Shown here piece after piece: positions 1 to 8,594 of a stretch of DNA of 42,664 bases (position 1 is the first letter of the stretch; the number at the start of each line of letters is the position of its first letter). A program made the position numbers and the translations under genes. Below the pieces are notes generated by a model. The model did not search any database. It saw only the letters and a program-made list of their open reading frames with translations, and had not been told where the DNA came from. The stretch covers positions 1 through 42,664 of the IMG/VR virus record IMGVR_UViG_3300048897_000028. One strand, given 5' to 3'. This DNA is from a virus (taxonomy: Duplodnaviria; Caudoviricetes).

Positions 1-10
1 AGATCGCATT

Positions 11-136
11 CCGCTCTCGCGATCTTAAACAGGCACAGCATATGAACCCCGAAAAAGCGCTAGAGATCGTTAAGAACATCAGGCCGGAAGGGACGCTTCC
101 GCGAAGTCCTGAGGTGCAGACGCTAATTAATATTCG
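11..136 (+). repeat. 126-bp terminal direct repeat, copy 1
   Basis: CCGCTCTCGCGATC...TAATATTCG identical to 42539-42664; bases 1-10 differ from 42529-42538. Confidence 0.97.
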
Positions 137-221
137 AGATCGCCTGCTCAAACAAATTGAGATGATGGAATATGAAGCCAAGGGTATTCAGCGAGCGATC
201 AATATACTTGAGCAGTCCTAA
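42..221 (+). CDS. Hypothetical protein, 59 aa (MNPEKALEIVKNIRPEG...ILEQS)
   Basis: Read manually (below ORF-track cutoff); ATG at 42, TAA at 219-221; in line with neighbouring genes. Confidence 0.7.
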   Translation: MNPEKALEIVKNIRPEGTLPRSPEVQTLINIRDRLLKQIEMMEYEAKGIQRAINILEQS

Positions 222-239
222 GCGAACACGGAGAGAGCC

Positions 240-467
240 ATGCCAGACCCAAATGCGAACGGCGCCGAAGATTATGCCGATTTTCTCGCTGCGCGACCCA
301 AGATTGACCGGCTGATTATAGCCGCCCGCGTCGTCGCCTATGGCGATCGATCAGACGAAGATATCAAAGCGCTGGACATGGCTTTGGAAGCTTTTGCTGA
401 CTATCTGCCATGGGATGACGAGGATGAAGGCGACCCGAGAACACCTGAATTCGGCATCGCACCCTGA
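240..467 (+). CDS. Small acidic hypothetical protein
   Basis: RBS GGAGAG upstream; part of tandem small-ORF array. Confidence 0.75.
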   Translation: MPDPNANGAEDYADFLAARPKIDRLIIAARVVAYGDRSDEDIKALDMALEAFADYLPWDDEDEGDPRTPEFGIAP

Positions 468-494
468 CGGTGCTGGCCAATGAGGGGAAGATAG

Positions 495-707
495 ATGGGA
501 AGTCCTAATTCAAAACGTGCAAGGCGCCGACAACGGGCTCGTAGCAATCCGGACCTGATATGGTGGGGCGGGCGTTTGATGCACCGGACCTATACTGAGG
601 AGCGGGTCGATTACACTGACGGCTACTATACTATAGTGAGCAACGAGGCGTGGCACGAGATCCCAATCACGTTAGTCTCTAGACCGAATCATGGACCAGG
701 ACAATGA
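495..707 (+). CDS. Hypothetical protein
   Basis: RBS GAGGGG; ATGA coupling to next ORF. Confidence 0.65.
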   Translation: MGSPNSKRARRRQRARSNPDLIWWGGRLMHRTYTEERVDYTDGYYTIVSNEAWHEIPITLVSRPNHGPGQ

Positions 708-886
708 TCGACTATAAATCGCTCTTGCACCGCTATATCCATCATGTCGGTCGAGAGGAAGGTGCCGTCTTCATTCCCTGTGTCGGCCTCAATGAAGACT
801 GGTTTAGCCAGGAGGAGATTGCCGAGCTAGATCGCCTCGATCAAGAAGCCCCCTCCCCGTTAACCCCCAGCCCGAATCCGGGTTGA
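704..886 (+). CDS. Hypothetical protein
   Basis: ATGA overlap with previous ORF; AGGA RBS. Confidence 0.7.
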   Translation: MIDYKSLLHRYIHHVGREEGAVFIPCVGLNEDWFSQEEIAELDRLDQEAPSPLTPSPNPG

Positions 887-911
887 AGGGAGGGGCAACG
901 TGGGGTAGCGT
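883..911 (+). promoter_or_regulatory. Putative sigma70 promoter for the acyltransferase
   Basis: TTGAAG (883-888), 17 nt, TAGCGT (906-911), 9 nt before the ATG at 921. Confidence 0.45.
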
Positions 912-920
912 GGCGGGATT

Positions 921-2063
921 ATGCGCAGAACAGATCAGACACTTGATTTCCTACGCTGGACCAGCGCCGCCCTCGTTGCAATTTGTCACCTCAGAAGCTT
1001 CCTTTTCATCGACGCTGAACCATCGATACTTCAAGGCCATGTGGATGCACGGCTCCTGGCGACGAAGACGTTCTATTTCATTACCTCACTCGGAAATGAA
1101 GCTGTCGTCGTATTCTTTGTGATCAGTGGATATCTGATCGGAGGAAAGCTGCTGGTCGAAGGCGTTCGAGATTTTCCGGATTATCTCTGTCACCGGGTCA
1201 GCCGAATCTACATCGTATTACTACCGGCCATCGCCCTAACGCTTACCCTTGACTATTTCGGCGCTCAGCTTTCGATGGGGCACGTCCTGTATGATCAGGG
1301 CGGGTGGTCGGGAAATCTGAAGTTAGTTAGTTCTCAGAACCATGGTCTCAGTACCATCGCTTGCAATGTTGCCAATCTTCAAACCGAATTTTGCGCTGCG
1401 GTTGGGAGTAACGGACCGCTATGGTCGCTCGGCTTTGAATGGTTTTATTACATCACATTCCCACTGCTTTTAATGGCGATGCCGGGATGGCGATTGTCGC
1501 CGTTATGGGTTCTATGGCCCGGCACGGTCGGCGCGCTGATTTACATCTTCCCGAACTTTACGTTCTTCTACCCGATATGGATCATGGGCGCGGCTTCTAG
1601 AATGCTCTTTGACCGGAAGTGGATTCCAATATCTGCAAGTTACGCGGGCGCCGTGGCGCTGGCTCTCCTGGTCCTGTTTGCCCGCAATAAGGGCCTTGGT
1701 CTTTCCATCAATTTCATGATGGGGGGCGCGCTAGCTCTTGCGCTGGCGAACAATCTTGCCTCACCAAAATTGCCGGGTGCGCTCAACCAAAAAATGGCCG
1801 ATTTCTCATTCTCGTTATACGTGATCCATCACCCGCTGATGGTCTTCATGCTATCGGCGGCGTTATCGGCGGGTCTAATCCCAGAGCGCCAGCAAGTCGC
1901 AGCATATCCGATGGCTCTGTTCATTGGAGCCATTGTGCTCGTCTACCTAGTGGCGCTGGTATTCTCACGATTTACCGAAAGAAAAACGCCCGTATTTCGA
2001 GACTTTCTACGAAGTGTGATCTCACGTTTTTACAATAAGCCTGCGCTTCGCATTGTTGAATAG
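921..2063 (+). CDS. Acyltransferase-3 family (OafA/Oac-like) membrane O-acyltransferase
   Basis: Motifs LDFLR..AA.VAI.H, VFFVISGYLI, RVSRIY, LWSLGFEWFYY, SFSLYVIH; many hydrophobic segments. Confidence 0.92.
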   Translation: MRRTDQTLDFLRWTSAALVAICHLRSFLFIDAEPSILQGHVDARLLATKTFYFITSLGNEAVVVFFVISGYLIGGKLLVEGVRDFPDYLCHRVSRIYIVLLPAIALTLTLDYFGAQLSMGHVLYDQGGWSGNLKLVSSQNHGLSTIACNVANLQTEFCAAVGSNGPLWSLGFEWFYYITFPLLLMAMPGWRLSPLWVLWPGTVGALIYIFPNFTFFYPIWIMGAASRMLFDRKWIPISASYAGAVALALLVLFARNKGLGLSINFMMGGALALALANNLASPKLPGALNQKMADFSFSLYVIHHPLMVFMLSAALSAGLIPERQQVAAYPMALFIGAIVLVYLVALVFSRFTERKTPVFRDFLRSVISRFYNKPALRIVE

Positions 2064-4232
2064 CTGAATTGCATCGTAACTTTTATATGCCGGCTTGTAG
2101 ATCGAGCCGGATAGTATTGACCATGGGCCGAGCGGCCCCTGCAACGAGAACCAGTTGGCGCCGTCAGAATGCGGCAATAGCCCGTGCGATGAGTAATGGG
2201 AACTGTTAGCCGCAGTCCCGTTGAATTGGCGCATCACATCGAGCGCCAAATAAACCATGGAGCTACTGTTCTTGTAAGCGGTCAGCATTGAGGTCAGGAT
2301 AGCGCTGTACGAAGTCGAAATTCCAAGCGTTGTACATTGTGCAGTCGTCGGCGGCACCGCCTGATAAGCCGCCTCATACGGCACGACTTTCAGGGCCGCT
2401 GGATATCCAGGCGTAGCCGCGACAGTTTCCCACGCCGGGTAAACGCCGGTCCCGTTTGAAATCGAAGCGAACCCGTAAAGGGTCGCGTTGTTGACGATTC
2501 CAGCCCGCGTGCCATACCGCACGTCGGCATCAAGCCACGCAAAGGCCGTGGCTGTATCGCCACCATTATAGGCATCGGCTGCGCCAGTCAGCGAGGTTAC
2601 ATCGCCGGCACTAAAGAAGATGCCACCAAGAAAATACCCACCACCATCGTTGAGCAGTGCGCCGTTGTAATAGATAGCATAAGAAAGAACTTCGCAAAAA
2701 TCGATCGCTCGGTTTCCGGCGACATTATATTGAGGGTCAGAACCGCCAACATAAGCCAGATAATTAGGATAGGCGGTCCCGATATAATTCGGATTACCCG
2801 AGCTACCAATCAGATCAAACCCTTCAAGCTTCCATTTTTGCTGTCCAGATACAGTTCCCGCAGTGGCTTGACAAGCCACAACCCGCTTAAGTTGCGAAGT
2901 TGAACGGGGAGACCATGCCGCCGGAATCAAATTCCCGTTGATCTGGCGAACCCGCAGGCTTTGCCAGCCCTGCTCACGTTCATTGTTACCATTGGGGAAG
3001 CCAAGAAAAACCCCCATCCGCTTTGCCCACCACCGACAATCAAATCCCGTATTCCACATTTCATTGGAATACTCAGGGAACCAATCGTAAGTCAGAGTAT
3101 TTCGGACAATCGTGGTTGTCTGTGTGATAAAATCATCATCTGCCTGGTGGGGAAAACACGACCACAAATCGCATTCGACTGCATTGGCCAAGGCAACATG
3201 ATATTCGATAGGAACGCACGTAGTAAGACCGGCCTTTCCCACGATCACGATACCAAGATTGGCGTCGTAGACAAATGTTGCCGGTCGATCGGTTTTCAAA
3301 ATTCCGACTTCGATATTGTTTGAGGGAATGTCGGCCGAATTGTACGCAACACGAACAAGAGGCTTGGCCCCGCCCGAAACTCCAGTCATAGAAATTGTTG
3401 GAGTAGTAACGGTGTTTGTATTCGAGAAGTATCCCTGCCACGTCATGTTGTGCGTCCACGACGCTGGCGCATCTGGGAATGTTGGTGAGGTGTAGGTGTC
3501 GGTGCCTGTGATATTGCCTGCCCATGTATTGGGGCCTTGAAAGTAAGCGTTGGCAAGACCGACAGCGTTCATCGGAGTTCGATAGCGCCATTGCGTTACC
3601 GGCGCAGTACCGCTCCCCGTCGAGTCAACCGCAATATTGGCTCCTCCCCAATCCATCGTTCGCACACCCCGAACATTGAGAGTTCGATAAATGGCGACGA
3701 AATCAGGGTTGATGAGTTCGCCGCCATCAAGTCGGGTGGCATTGTCTGGCGTGGCATTTTGGTATAAGCAGAACGAAACATTGTCGAAGCTGTCGTAGGT
3801 GAGTGCAGCACTTCCGTTCGTGGTCGTGGGGAACCTGCCACTAAAACTAGAACTGAGAGCGGACCGCGAAACGATCGCGGTCACGTTAGTCCCCGTGATA
3901 TAGGTCCATGTGCTGTCCTGAAAGGTTGTTCCGGTGTTGCTGTGGACAGTCATCTGCGAACTGCCTAGCTGAAATTTTATCCCCCCTGTTCCGGTCCATT
4001 TGAGGCGGAACTGTCCTGCATAGGATTTGTCCAAGGCCGGCGACGGCATGGTCCAGGTGACTTCGACCGATAACGACCCATCCTTTGGGAGTTGGTTTGC
4101 CTTCAAGAGGCCGGGCCACGACGCGCTCTGCGTAGTATTGAACGCCAACGCGTCCATCAAGTTCAGATAGGCGAACGATGGTCCCTGAACATCACCGACG
4201 CCAACAATGGTTTTGCCAGTTGTTCTGCTCAT
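2022..4232 (-). CDS. Putative glycoside-hydrolase-like receptor-binding protein/depolymerase (736 aa)
   Basis: VRTMDW, EYSNEMWN and PYEAA motifs resemble clan GH-A-like catalytic motifs; T/G/S/N-rich; ATG at 4232 couples (ATGA) to upstream gene. Confidence 0.6.
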   Translation of the reverse strand: MSRTTGKTIVGVGDVQGPSFAYLNLMDALAFNTTQSASWPGLLKANQLPKDGSLSVEVTWTMPSPALDKSYAGQFRLKWTGTGGIKFQLGSSQMTVHSNTGTTFQDSTWTYITGTNVTAIVSRSALSSSFSGRFPTTTNGSAALTYDSFDNVSFCLYQNATPDNATRLDGGELINPDFVAIYRTLNVRGVRTMDWGGANIAVDSTGSGTAPVTQWRYRTPMNAVGLANAYFQGPNTWAGNITGTDTYTSPTFPDAPASWTHNMTWQGYFSNTNTVTTPTISMTGVSGGAKPLVRVAYNSADIPSNNIEVGILKTDRPATFVYDANLGIVIVGKAGLTTCVPIEYHVALANAVECDLWSCFPHQADDDFITQTTTIVRNTLTYDWFPEYSNEMWNTGFDCRWWAKRMGVFLGFPNGNNEREQGWQSLRVRQINGNLIPAAWSPRSTSQLKRVVACQATAGTVSGQQKWKLEGFDLIGSSGNPNYIGTAYPNYLAYVGGSDPQYNVAGNRAIDFCEVLSYAIYYNGALLNDGGGYFLGGIFFSAGDVTSLTGAADAYNGGDTATAFAWLDADVRYGTRAGIVNNATLYGFASISNGTGVYPAWETVAATPGYPAALKVVPYEAAYQAVPPTTAQCTTLGISTSYSAILTSMLTAYKNSSSMVYLALDVMRQFNGTAANSSHYSSHGLLPHSDGANWFSLQGPLGPWSILSGSIYKPAYKSYDAIQLFNNAKRRLIVKT

Positions 4233-4924
4233 TTGTTTGGGTACCAAAACGACCAAGGATCAGCCGCCCAAATCAGCAGCGCCTGCAACGGATTGTATTG
4301 TCCGGAATACATCATTGCGGCCGTGTTGGCGGATGAGCCTCCGGAGGTTGCCCAGCCCATTGAGGCAGCCCCGTTGGGAGCGCTAGACGCGATGGTGGTA
4401 ACCACTGTGTTGGTGAAAATCTGCCCAGTCAGGAGATTGACCGCGACAAAGACGCACTGCGTGCCCTGCGTGCTAGCCGCCAAGAAATAGGGAACGCCAG
4501 CCGTTAGAGTTATATTCGATACATAAGTGTTGACGCTCTGTGAGGCTAAGCGCAAAAGCCCCGTCGATGACCACCCTAATGCAAATCCAGAATTCGTGCC
4601 ACCTGCGGCCGCACAATACATTGTCGCGCCGCCAATGGCGGTTGGGACTGCGATTACAGCCAACGTTACGTTGCTGAAATTTACGGTCGATATTCCAGAA
4701 AATTGCACGCCATTGCCAGTTGCCGCGACGGTCCCTGCACTCGGTCCTATCGTCCCGTGAATAACCGCCGTCGCAGCGACAAGGACGCCAGCAGTCCCCT
4801 GCTTGCCTGATAGTAAATTGATGGCGCCGGTCCCCTTGGCAACTGCCGAAAGCAAAGGAACGGCCCCCGCCACATGCGCCGGATCAAACCCCGGCGCCAG
4901 ACCCGCTGGAAATGCAAGGTTCAT
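4229..4924 (-). CDS. Virion-associated beta-rich protein (possibly lectin/LamG-like)
   Basis: A/G/T-rich, C-terminal ADPW motif, coupled in late cluster. Confidence 0.55.
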   Translation of the reverse strand: MNLAFPAGLAPGFDPAHVAGAVPLLSAVAKGTGAINLLSGKQGTAGVLVAATAVIHGTIGPSAGTVAATGNGVQFSGISTVNFSNVTLAVIAVPTAIGGATMYCAAAGGTNSGFALGWSSTGLLRLASQSVNTYVSNITLTAGVPYFLAASTQGTQCVFVAVNLLTGQIFTNTVVTTIASSAPNGAASMGWATSGGSSANTAAMMYSGQYNPLQALLIWAADPWSFWYPNK

Positions 4925-5688
4925 CAGATCAACTCTGCGATCGGGGCCAGCTTGAGCGTGTTTCCGGTTGCCGTGAACGACTGACCCGAGTTGTTCTGTA
5001 CGAGCACCTTGAACTGCAAGGCTGGCAGGCGGACCTGACCGGCGGCCTTATAAATCTTGTTGCCGGTAGTCGCGTCGAGCGGGACGATGAAGTCCGGCGG
5101 GCGCGGTGGGACAACAGTCAGACTTTCATAGGTGGACCCACTGTCGTTTGATTGTAGGAACCAGCCCGATAGATTAGCTCCCGCGGACATGGTGGTTACT
5201 GTTCCAAGCGTAAAATGAATCTCGCCAAACTTTGCCGCACCCGTGTCGGCGTTCGTAAATTTTCCGGATGATCCACCGACCGAGCTGACGATTAGCGCGC
5301 CATTTGCGAGCGCGTTCAATTCAGTCGTTTGGAGCGAAAGCAATGACGCGATAAGTCCGCTGTTGCTGGTTCCGGTATTGAAAAGCCCATTGCGCCCGGT
5401 GACGAGTGCCTGCACTGATTTGCTGATCTGCTTGAATAGGGAGGTCCAAGAGACAGACGTTGTGTCGGTAGCAGTTGCTGCGGCATCCGTGGGTTCTCCG
5501 CCTGGGATCAGGCCGGTAGCGCTACGGAGCTGTACCGGGAGAGCCTTCCCGCTCGCCACGTCAGTGTCGTTTGCGGTTCCGTCCGGCCCCCACGTTGATT
5601 TCTGTCGCGGATACTTGACGCCACCGATGTCATCATTCGCGAAGGTTTCGTTGCCGCTAGCTACCGGCAGTGAGCTATTGTCGACCAT
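4924..5688 (-). CDS. Putative virion fibre/spike-associated protein
   Basis: N-terminal NDDIGGVKYPRQK..GPDG..D...PLPV-like module typical of phage structural proteins; position. Confidence 0.55.
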   Translation of the reverse strand: MVDNSSLPVASGNETFANDDIGGVKYPRQKSTWGPDGTANDTDVASGKALPVQLRSATGLIPGGEPTDAAATATDTTSVSWTSLFKQISKSVQALVTGRNGLFNTGTSNSGLIASLLSLQTTELNALANGALIVSSVGGSSGKFTNADTGAAKFGEIHFTLGTVTTMSAGANLSGWFLQSNDSGSTYESLTVVPPRPPDFIVPLDATTGNKIYKAAGQVRLPALQFKVLVQNNSGQSFTATGNTLKLAPIAELI

Positions 5689-5698
5689 ATTCGTTTCC

Positions 5699-6142
5699 TT
5701 ATTGCGCTGCGCTGGAGAGGTAAGTTGCCGTAAAATTGCTGCTCACAGCAGCGATCGTGAATGAAACCGTGTTCGACCAGCTACTCACGGTCGTATGCGT
5801 GACGTTGGCGCGCGCCTCGTAATTTCCGTTTGCAAGAGCCGTCAGGGCTAGATCGACTTCGTTAGCCGCGTCCTCGCCGGAGGTGATGACGTGCGTGGTG
5901 TCTGAAACCGGGCTCGACCAGTCGCCGCCGGCTGCTTGCACCTGAAGTCTGACCGAATCGCCGGCCACCACCGTGTCGTCAACGTCGATCGTGAATTCTG
6001 GCGTGTTATCAGTCGTCAGTGATATGATCGCCAGAACCGGTGCAGTTGGCCCTGAGGACGTCCCCGATCTCCCAAGGGCACCCCCAGACCCAAAGCCGCC
6101 CCGCCTGGTAGCGCCCATCGCGCCCATTCCGCCAAGTGCCAT
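5699..6142 (-). CDS. Ig-like domain structural protein with Gly-rich N-terminal leader
   Basis: TTDNTPEF...LANGNYEARA..WSNTVSFTI resembles Big/Fn3 folds. Confidence 0.55.
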   Translation of the reverse strand: MALGGMGAMGATRRGGFGSGGALGRSGTSSGPTAPVLAIISLTTDNTPEFTIDVDDTVVAGDSVRLQVQAAGGDWSSPVSDTTHVITSGEDAANEVDLALTALANGNYEARANVTHTTVSSWSNTVSFTIAAVSSNFTATYLSSAAQ

Positions 6143-6154
6143 GATGTGTCCTAT

Positions 6155-6244
6155 AAAAAGGCCCGGAGCTGGTTAGGCCCCGGGCAAGTAGACAACCGAG
6201 AGAGGATCGGTTGAGCTACTGCCGGCAGGAAGGAAACCGGCAGT
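6155..6244 (-). ncRNA. Candidate structured RNA: three tandem hairpins ending in a terminator
   Basis: Stems 6218-6225/6237-6244 (loop UUUCCUUCCUG), 6193-6199/6207-6213 (loop UCCUCUC), 6161-6169/6177-6185, then CUUUUU. Confidence 0.45.
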
Positions 6245-6245
6245 T

Positions 6246-6410
6246 CTAGAGCCCGCACTGCTTTCTAATGCGGGCAATCTCTTTCGGGCTTATGCCGTGA
6301 GCCAATGCCCATGCGTAAGCCGCTATCTTTCCGTGCTGAGTGACAAGGGATCGGACGGTTTCGCAGTTCGGCTCGGCCGTGAGCAACAGCAGGATAACCA
6401 GAACCGGCAT
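6246..6410 (-). CDS. Small protein, 54 aa (MPVLVILLLLTAEPNCETV...KQCGL), hydrophobic N-terminus
   Basis: Read manually; TAATG coupling to 6410-6820. Confidence 0.6.
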   Translation of the reverse strand: MPVLVILLLLTAEPNCETVRSLVTQHGKIAAYAWALAHGISPKEIARIRKQCGL

Positions 6411-6820
6411 TAGTTCGTCGGCTTCAACAGTCTGCGCATGTCTTCTTTGATCTCGGCTACCGCCGCCATCATGGTTTCACCCATGCGATCAATAGCCTTT
6501 TCAAAGTCGGGTATTTTCACGTAGTTATCGCGCCCGTATATTTCGACTTCGCGGAGCTTCTTTTCTACATCGGCGATGTACTGTCGCATGGCTGCGCCAA
6601 CCTCTCCGAAATTGTGATCCTGAGTTCGCTGATCGGCGACGAACTTCTCTTCAACGGCGTCGATCTTGTGAATAATTTTGTCCCGCTCATCATCTATGTA
6701 TTCTTTGACAGCAGCTCGCATCTGCTCTACAGCGCGCCCGAGGTAGAACGCACCGAGTATCCACGTTCCTAGAAAGCCAAGAGCGCCTAGCCCCAACGTC
6801 ACCCACTGGTAAACCGACAT
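6410..6820 (-). CDS. Membrane-anchored coiled-coil protein (lysis-associated, holin/spanin-like)
   Basis: One N-terminal TM segment then helical charged domain; in lysis region. Confidence 0.55.
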   Translation of the reverse strand: MSVYQWVTLGLGALGFLGTWILGAFYLGRAVEQMRAAVKEYIDDERDKIIHKIDAVEEKFVADQRTQDHNFGEVGAAMRQYIADVEKKLREVEIYGRDNYVKIPDFEKAIDRMGETMMAAVAEIKEDMRRLLKPTN

Positions 6821-6935
6821 TCCGATTAATCTCCTAGCAATTGTTCTCCGCTAGGATTCTTCCCAGCCTGTGATGGGGGTCGTTCCCCGCCATGGGTTAG
6901 GTCCGGCCGATCGTTTGCGCGAAAGGTCGGGCCGC

Positions 6936-7328
6936 CTACTTTCGAATGCTTGTGATGATCGAGGTGATATTCTCGGCTCCGCGCTTGGCGAAGTACCACG
7001 ACATAATAAGGCCGGCCCAAATGGCGACTGGCCCAGCAACAACATCCGTCGTTCCGTAGCCCATCACCTTATCCCAAATCAGGCACTTCGCGTAGTAAAC
7101 AAGCGTGATGTACATCGCGATCTTCTCAGGCTCCCATGGATGCCCGATCTGCGCTATCCTGAGATTATAGATGGCGTTCGTCTCTGCGGTCTGCGCTGCG
7201 ATCTCTTTGCCGGCAAGATCAGATGCAGTCTGCTTGTCTGTCGTCGTCGCCTTCAAATGCATGTTGTAGGCATCGACAAGACCCTTAATGACGGGTCCTC
7301 CGATAAAAGACATGATGGCAAGCCACAT
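6936..7328 (-). CDS. Putative holin-like membrane protein
   Basis: Several hydrophobic segments, C-terminal WYFAKR; two genes after endolysin. Confidence 0.6.
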   Translation of the reverse strand: MWLAIMSFIGGPVIKGLVDAYNMHLKATTTDKQTASDLAGKEIAAQTAETNAIYNLRIAQIGHPWEPEKIAMYITLVYYAKCLIWDKVMGYGTTDVVAGPVAIWAGLIMSWYFAKRGAENITSIITSIRK

Positions 7329-7331
7329 TGA

Positions 7332-7826
7332 CTAAGCCACCTTCGCGTCTGCAACGACGTTAACTGCTTCCTCTTTCGTCGCATCTGCCATCGCTATTGC
7401 TTCAGCTACCTTGGGATTTTCCGCCGCGGTCTTGTCCGGAACGGACACCAGCTCAAGAGGCTTCGATACCCGGCTGCGGAGCCTGTTGATGAGCAACCCC
7501 AAGATCCCCGCAAGCGCGCTCACCGTAAGTCCTCGCATGTCAGGCGGTATGTTCAGCCAATCGAAAACCCGCGTCGTGATCGGGGTAAGATCGAGGCTCG
7601 AAGCGAACACTGCGATGGAATCATAGAACGTCACGAACAGTCCGCCAACCCAAAGCAGCCTGCCGACAAGGATCGTTTCGCTCTTTTTGTATAGCGCAAT
7701 TTCGAAGGGCTCGATCCAGGCAAAGAACTTCACGGCCCAAGGCTTCGTCTTGAGCCATTCCCTGCCCTTGAGCGCGTACCAGATCAGGGCTACGAGAATG
7801 ACCGCGAGTGTGATGCCGAAAATCAT
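7332..7826 (-). CDS. Membrane protein (about 3 TM), lysis cassette
   Basis: Hydrophobic segments; ATGA-coupled to endolysin. Confidence 0.6.
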   Translation of the reverse strand: MIFGITLAVILVALIWYALKGREWLKTKPWAVKFFAWIEPFEIALYKKSETILVGRLLWVGGLFVTFYDSIAVFASSLDLTPITTRVFDWLNIPPDMRGLTVSALAGILGLLINRLRSRVSKPLELVSVPDKTAAENPKVAEAIAMADATKEEAVNVVADAKVA

Positions 7827-8572
7827 GATTTCCTCTTGAAAATTGCCGCGAAGATTGAAGCGATAAAGGCGCCGATCGATCCCTTTGCCGGATTGGTGAT
7901 CGATGGGGCCGGGACAGGAGCCGGAGTAGTCGGAGCCGGAGCGCCGGGAATGATCGTCGCCCCCGTGAACGTGATGGTCGGATCAAGCGCCATCATCGCC
8001 ATCAGGAGTCCGGCACAGCCGAGCTGTGTATCAACAACGGTCGAATCGTACACATGATCGGCAACGTACTTGCCGGACTTGTACTGATCCGTTCCTGCCC
8101 AAATATAGGCGGATGGCTGCGGAGCAAATCTTTGCTTCCGCTCCGGGGTGTATGGCTTTCCAGCCCAGCCTGACGGTCCGGATGCCTGGCCAAGGCCATT
8201 ATACTGCTCGAGCATGGAAAGCGTCCCGCCGATGCTCCAGTCCTTGTTGCGGGCCGCATAGGGCGCGCAATTAACCAGCGCATCGACCGCGGCATCCTCC
8301 CATGACTTGAACGGTCCTCGCCCGGCCGGGACATGGACGGAAACCTTATTCCATGGGTCACCTTGGGCCAGTGATCCTGACCAATTCTGTGAGCTCTCCC
8401 GTTCATGGGCCACGGCGATGAAGGGCCAGGGAACGCCTGTCCTTGCTGAGACAGCCTGATATCTGGCCTTTGCATCGATCAGCCGTTTTGCAACGCCTGA
8501 GAAATTCCGGGTTAACTTGGCGCTTGCCCAGCGTTTCGCATTCGCTGTCTTAAGCGCGTTCGTGTCGGTCAT
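7823..8572 (-). CDS. Endolysin, lysozyme-family protein
   Basis: VPWPFIAVAHERES, VHVPAGRGPF.SWE.AA.DAL, LEQYNGLG, YIWAGTDQY..GKYVAD motifs; Pro/Ala linker and hydrophobic tail. Confidence 0.8.
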   Translation of the reverse strand: MTDTNALKTANAKRWASAKLTRNFSGVAKRLIDAKARYQAVSARTGVPWPFIAVAHERESSQNWSGSLAQGDPWNKVSVHVPAGRGPFKSWEDAAVDALVNCAPYAARNKDWSIGGTLSMLEQYNGLGQASGPSGWAGKPYTPERKQRFAPQPSAYIWAGTDQYKSGKYVADHVYDSTVVDTQLGCAGLLMAMMALDPTITFTGATIIPGAPAPTTPAPVPAPSITNPAKGSIGAFIASIFAAIFKRKS

Positions 8573-8594
8573 ACTTGCTCGCTGAAAGGTGAGG

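Noticed and set aside
11-136. Biological T7-like terminal repeat
   Set aside because: Cuts through ORFs and its length fits an assembly k-mer overlap; more likely a circularity artefact
240-886. Anti-CRISPR calls for small acidic ORFs
   Set aside because: Size and charge alone are insufficient; no adjacent aca-like HTH gene
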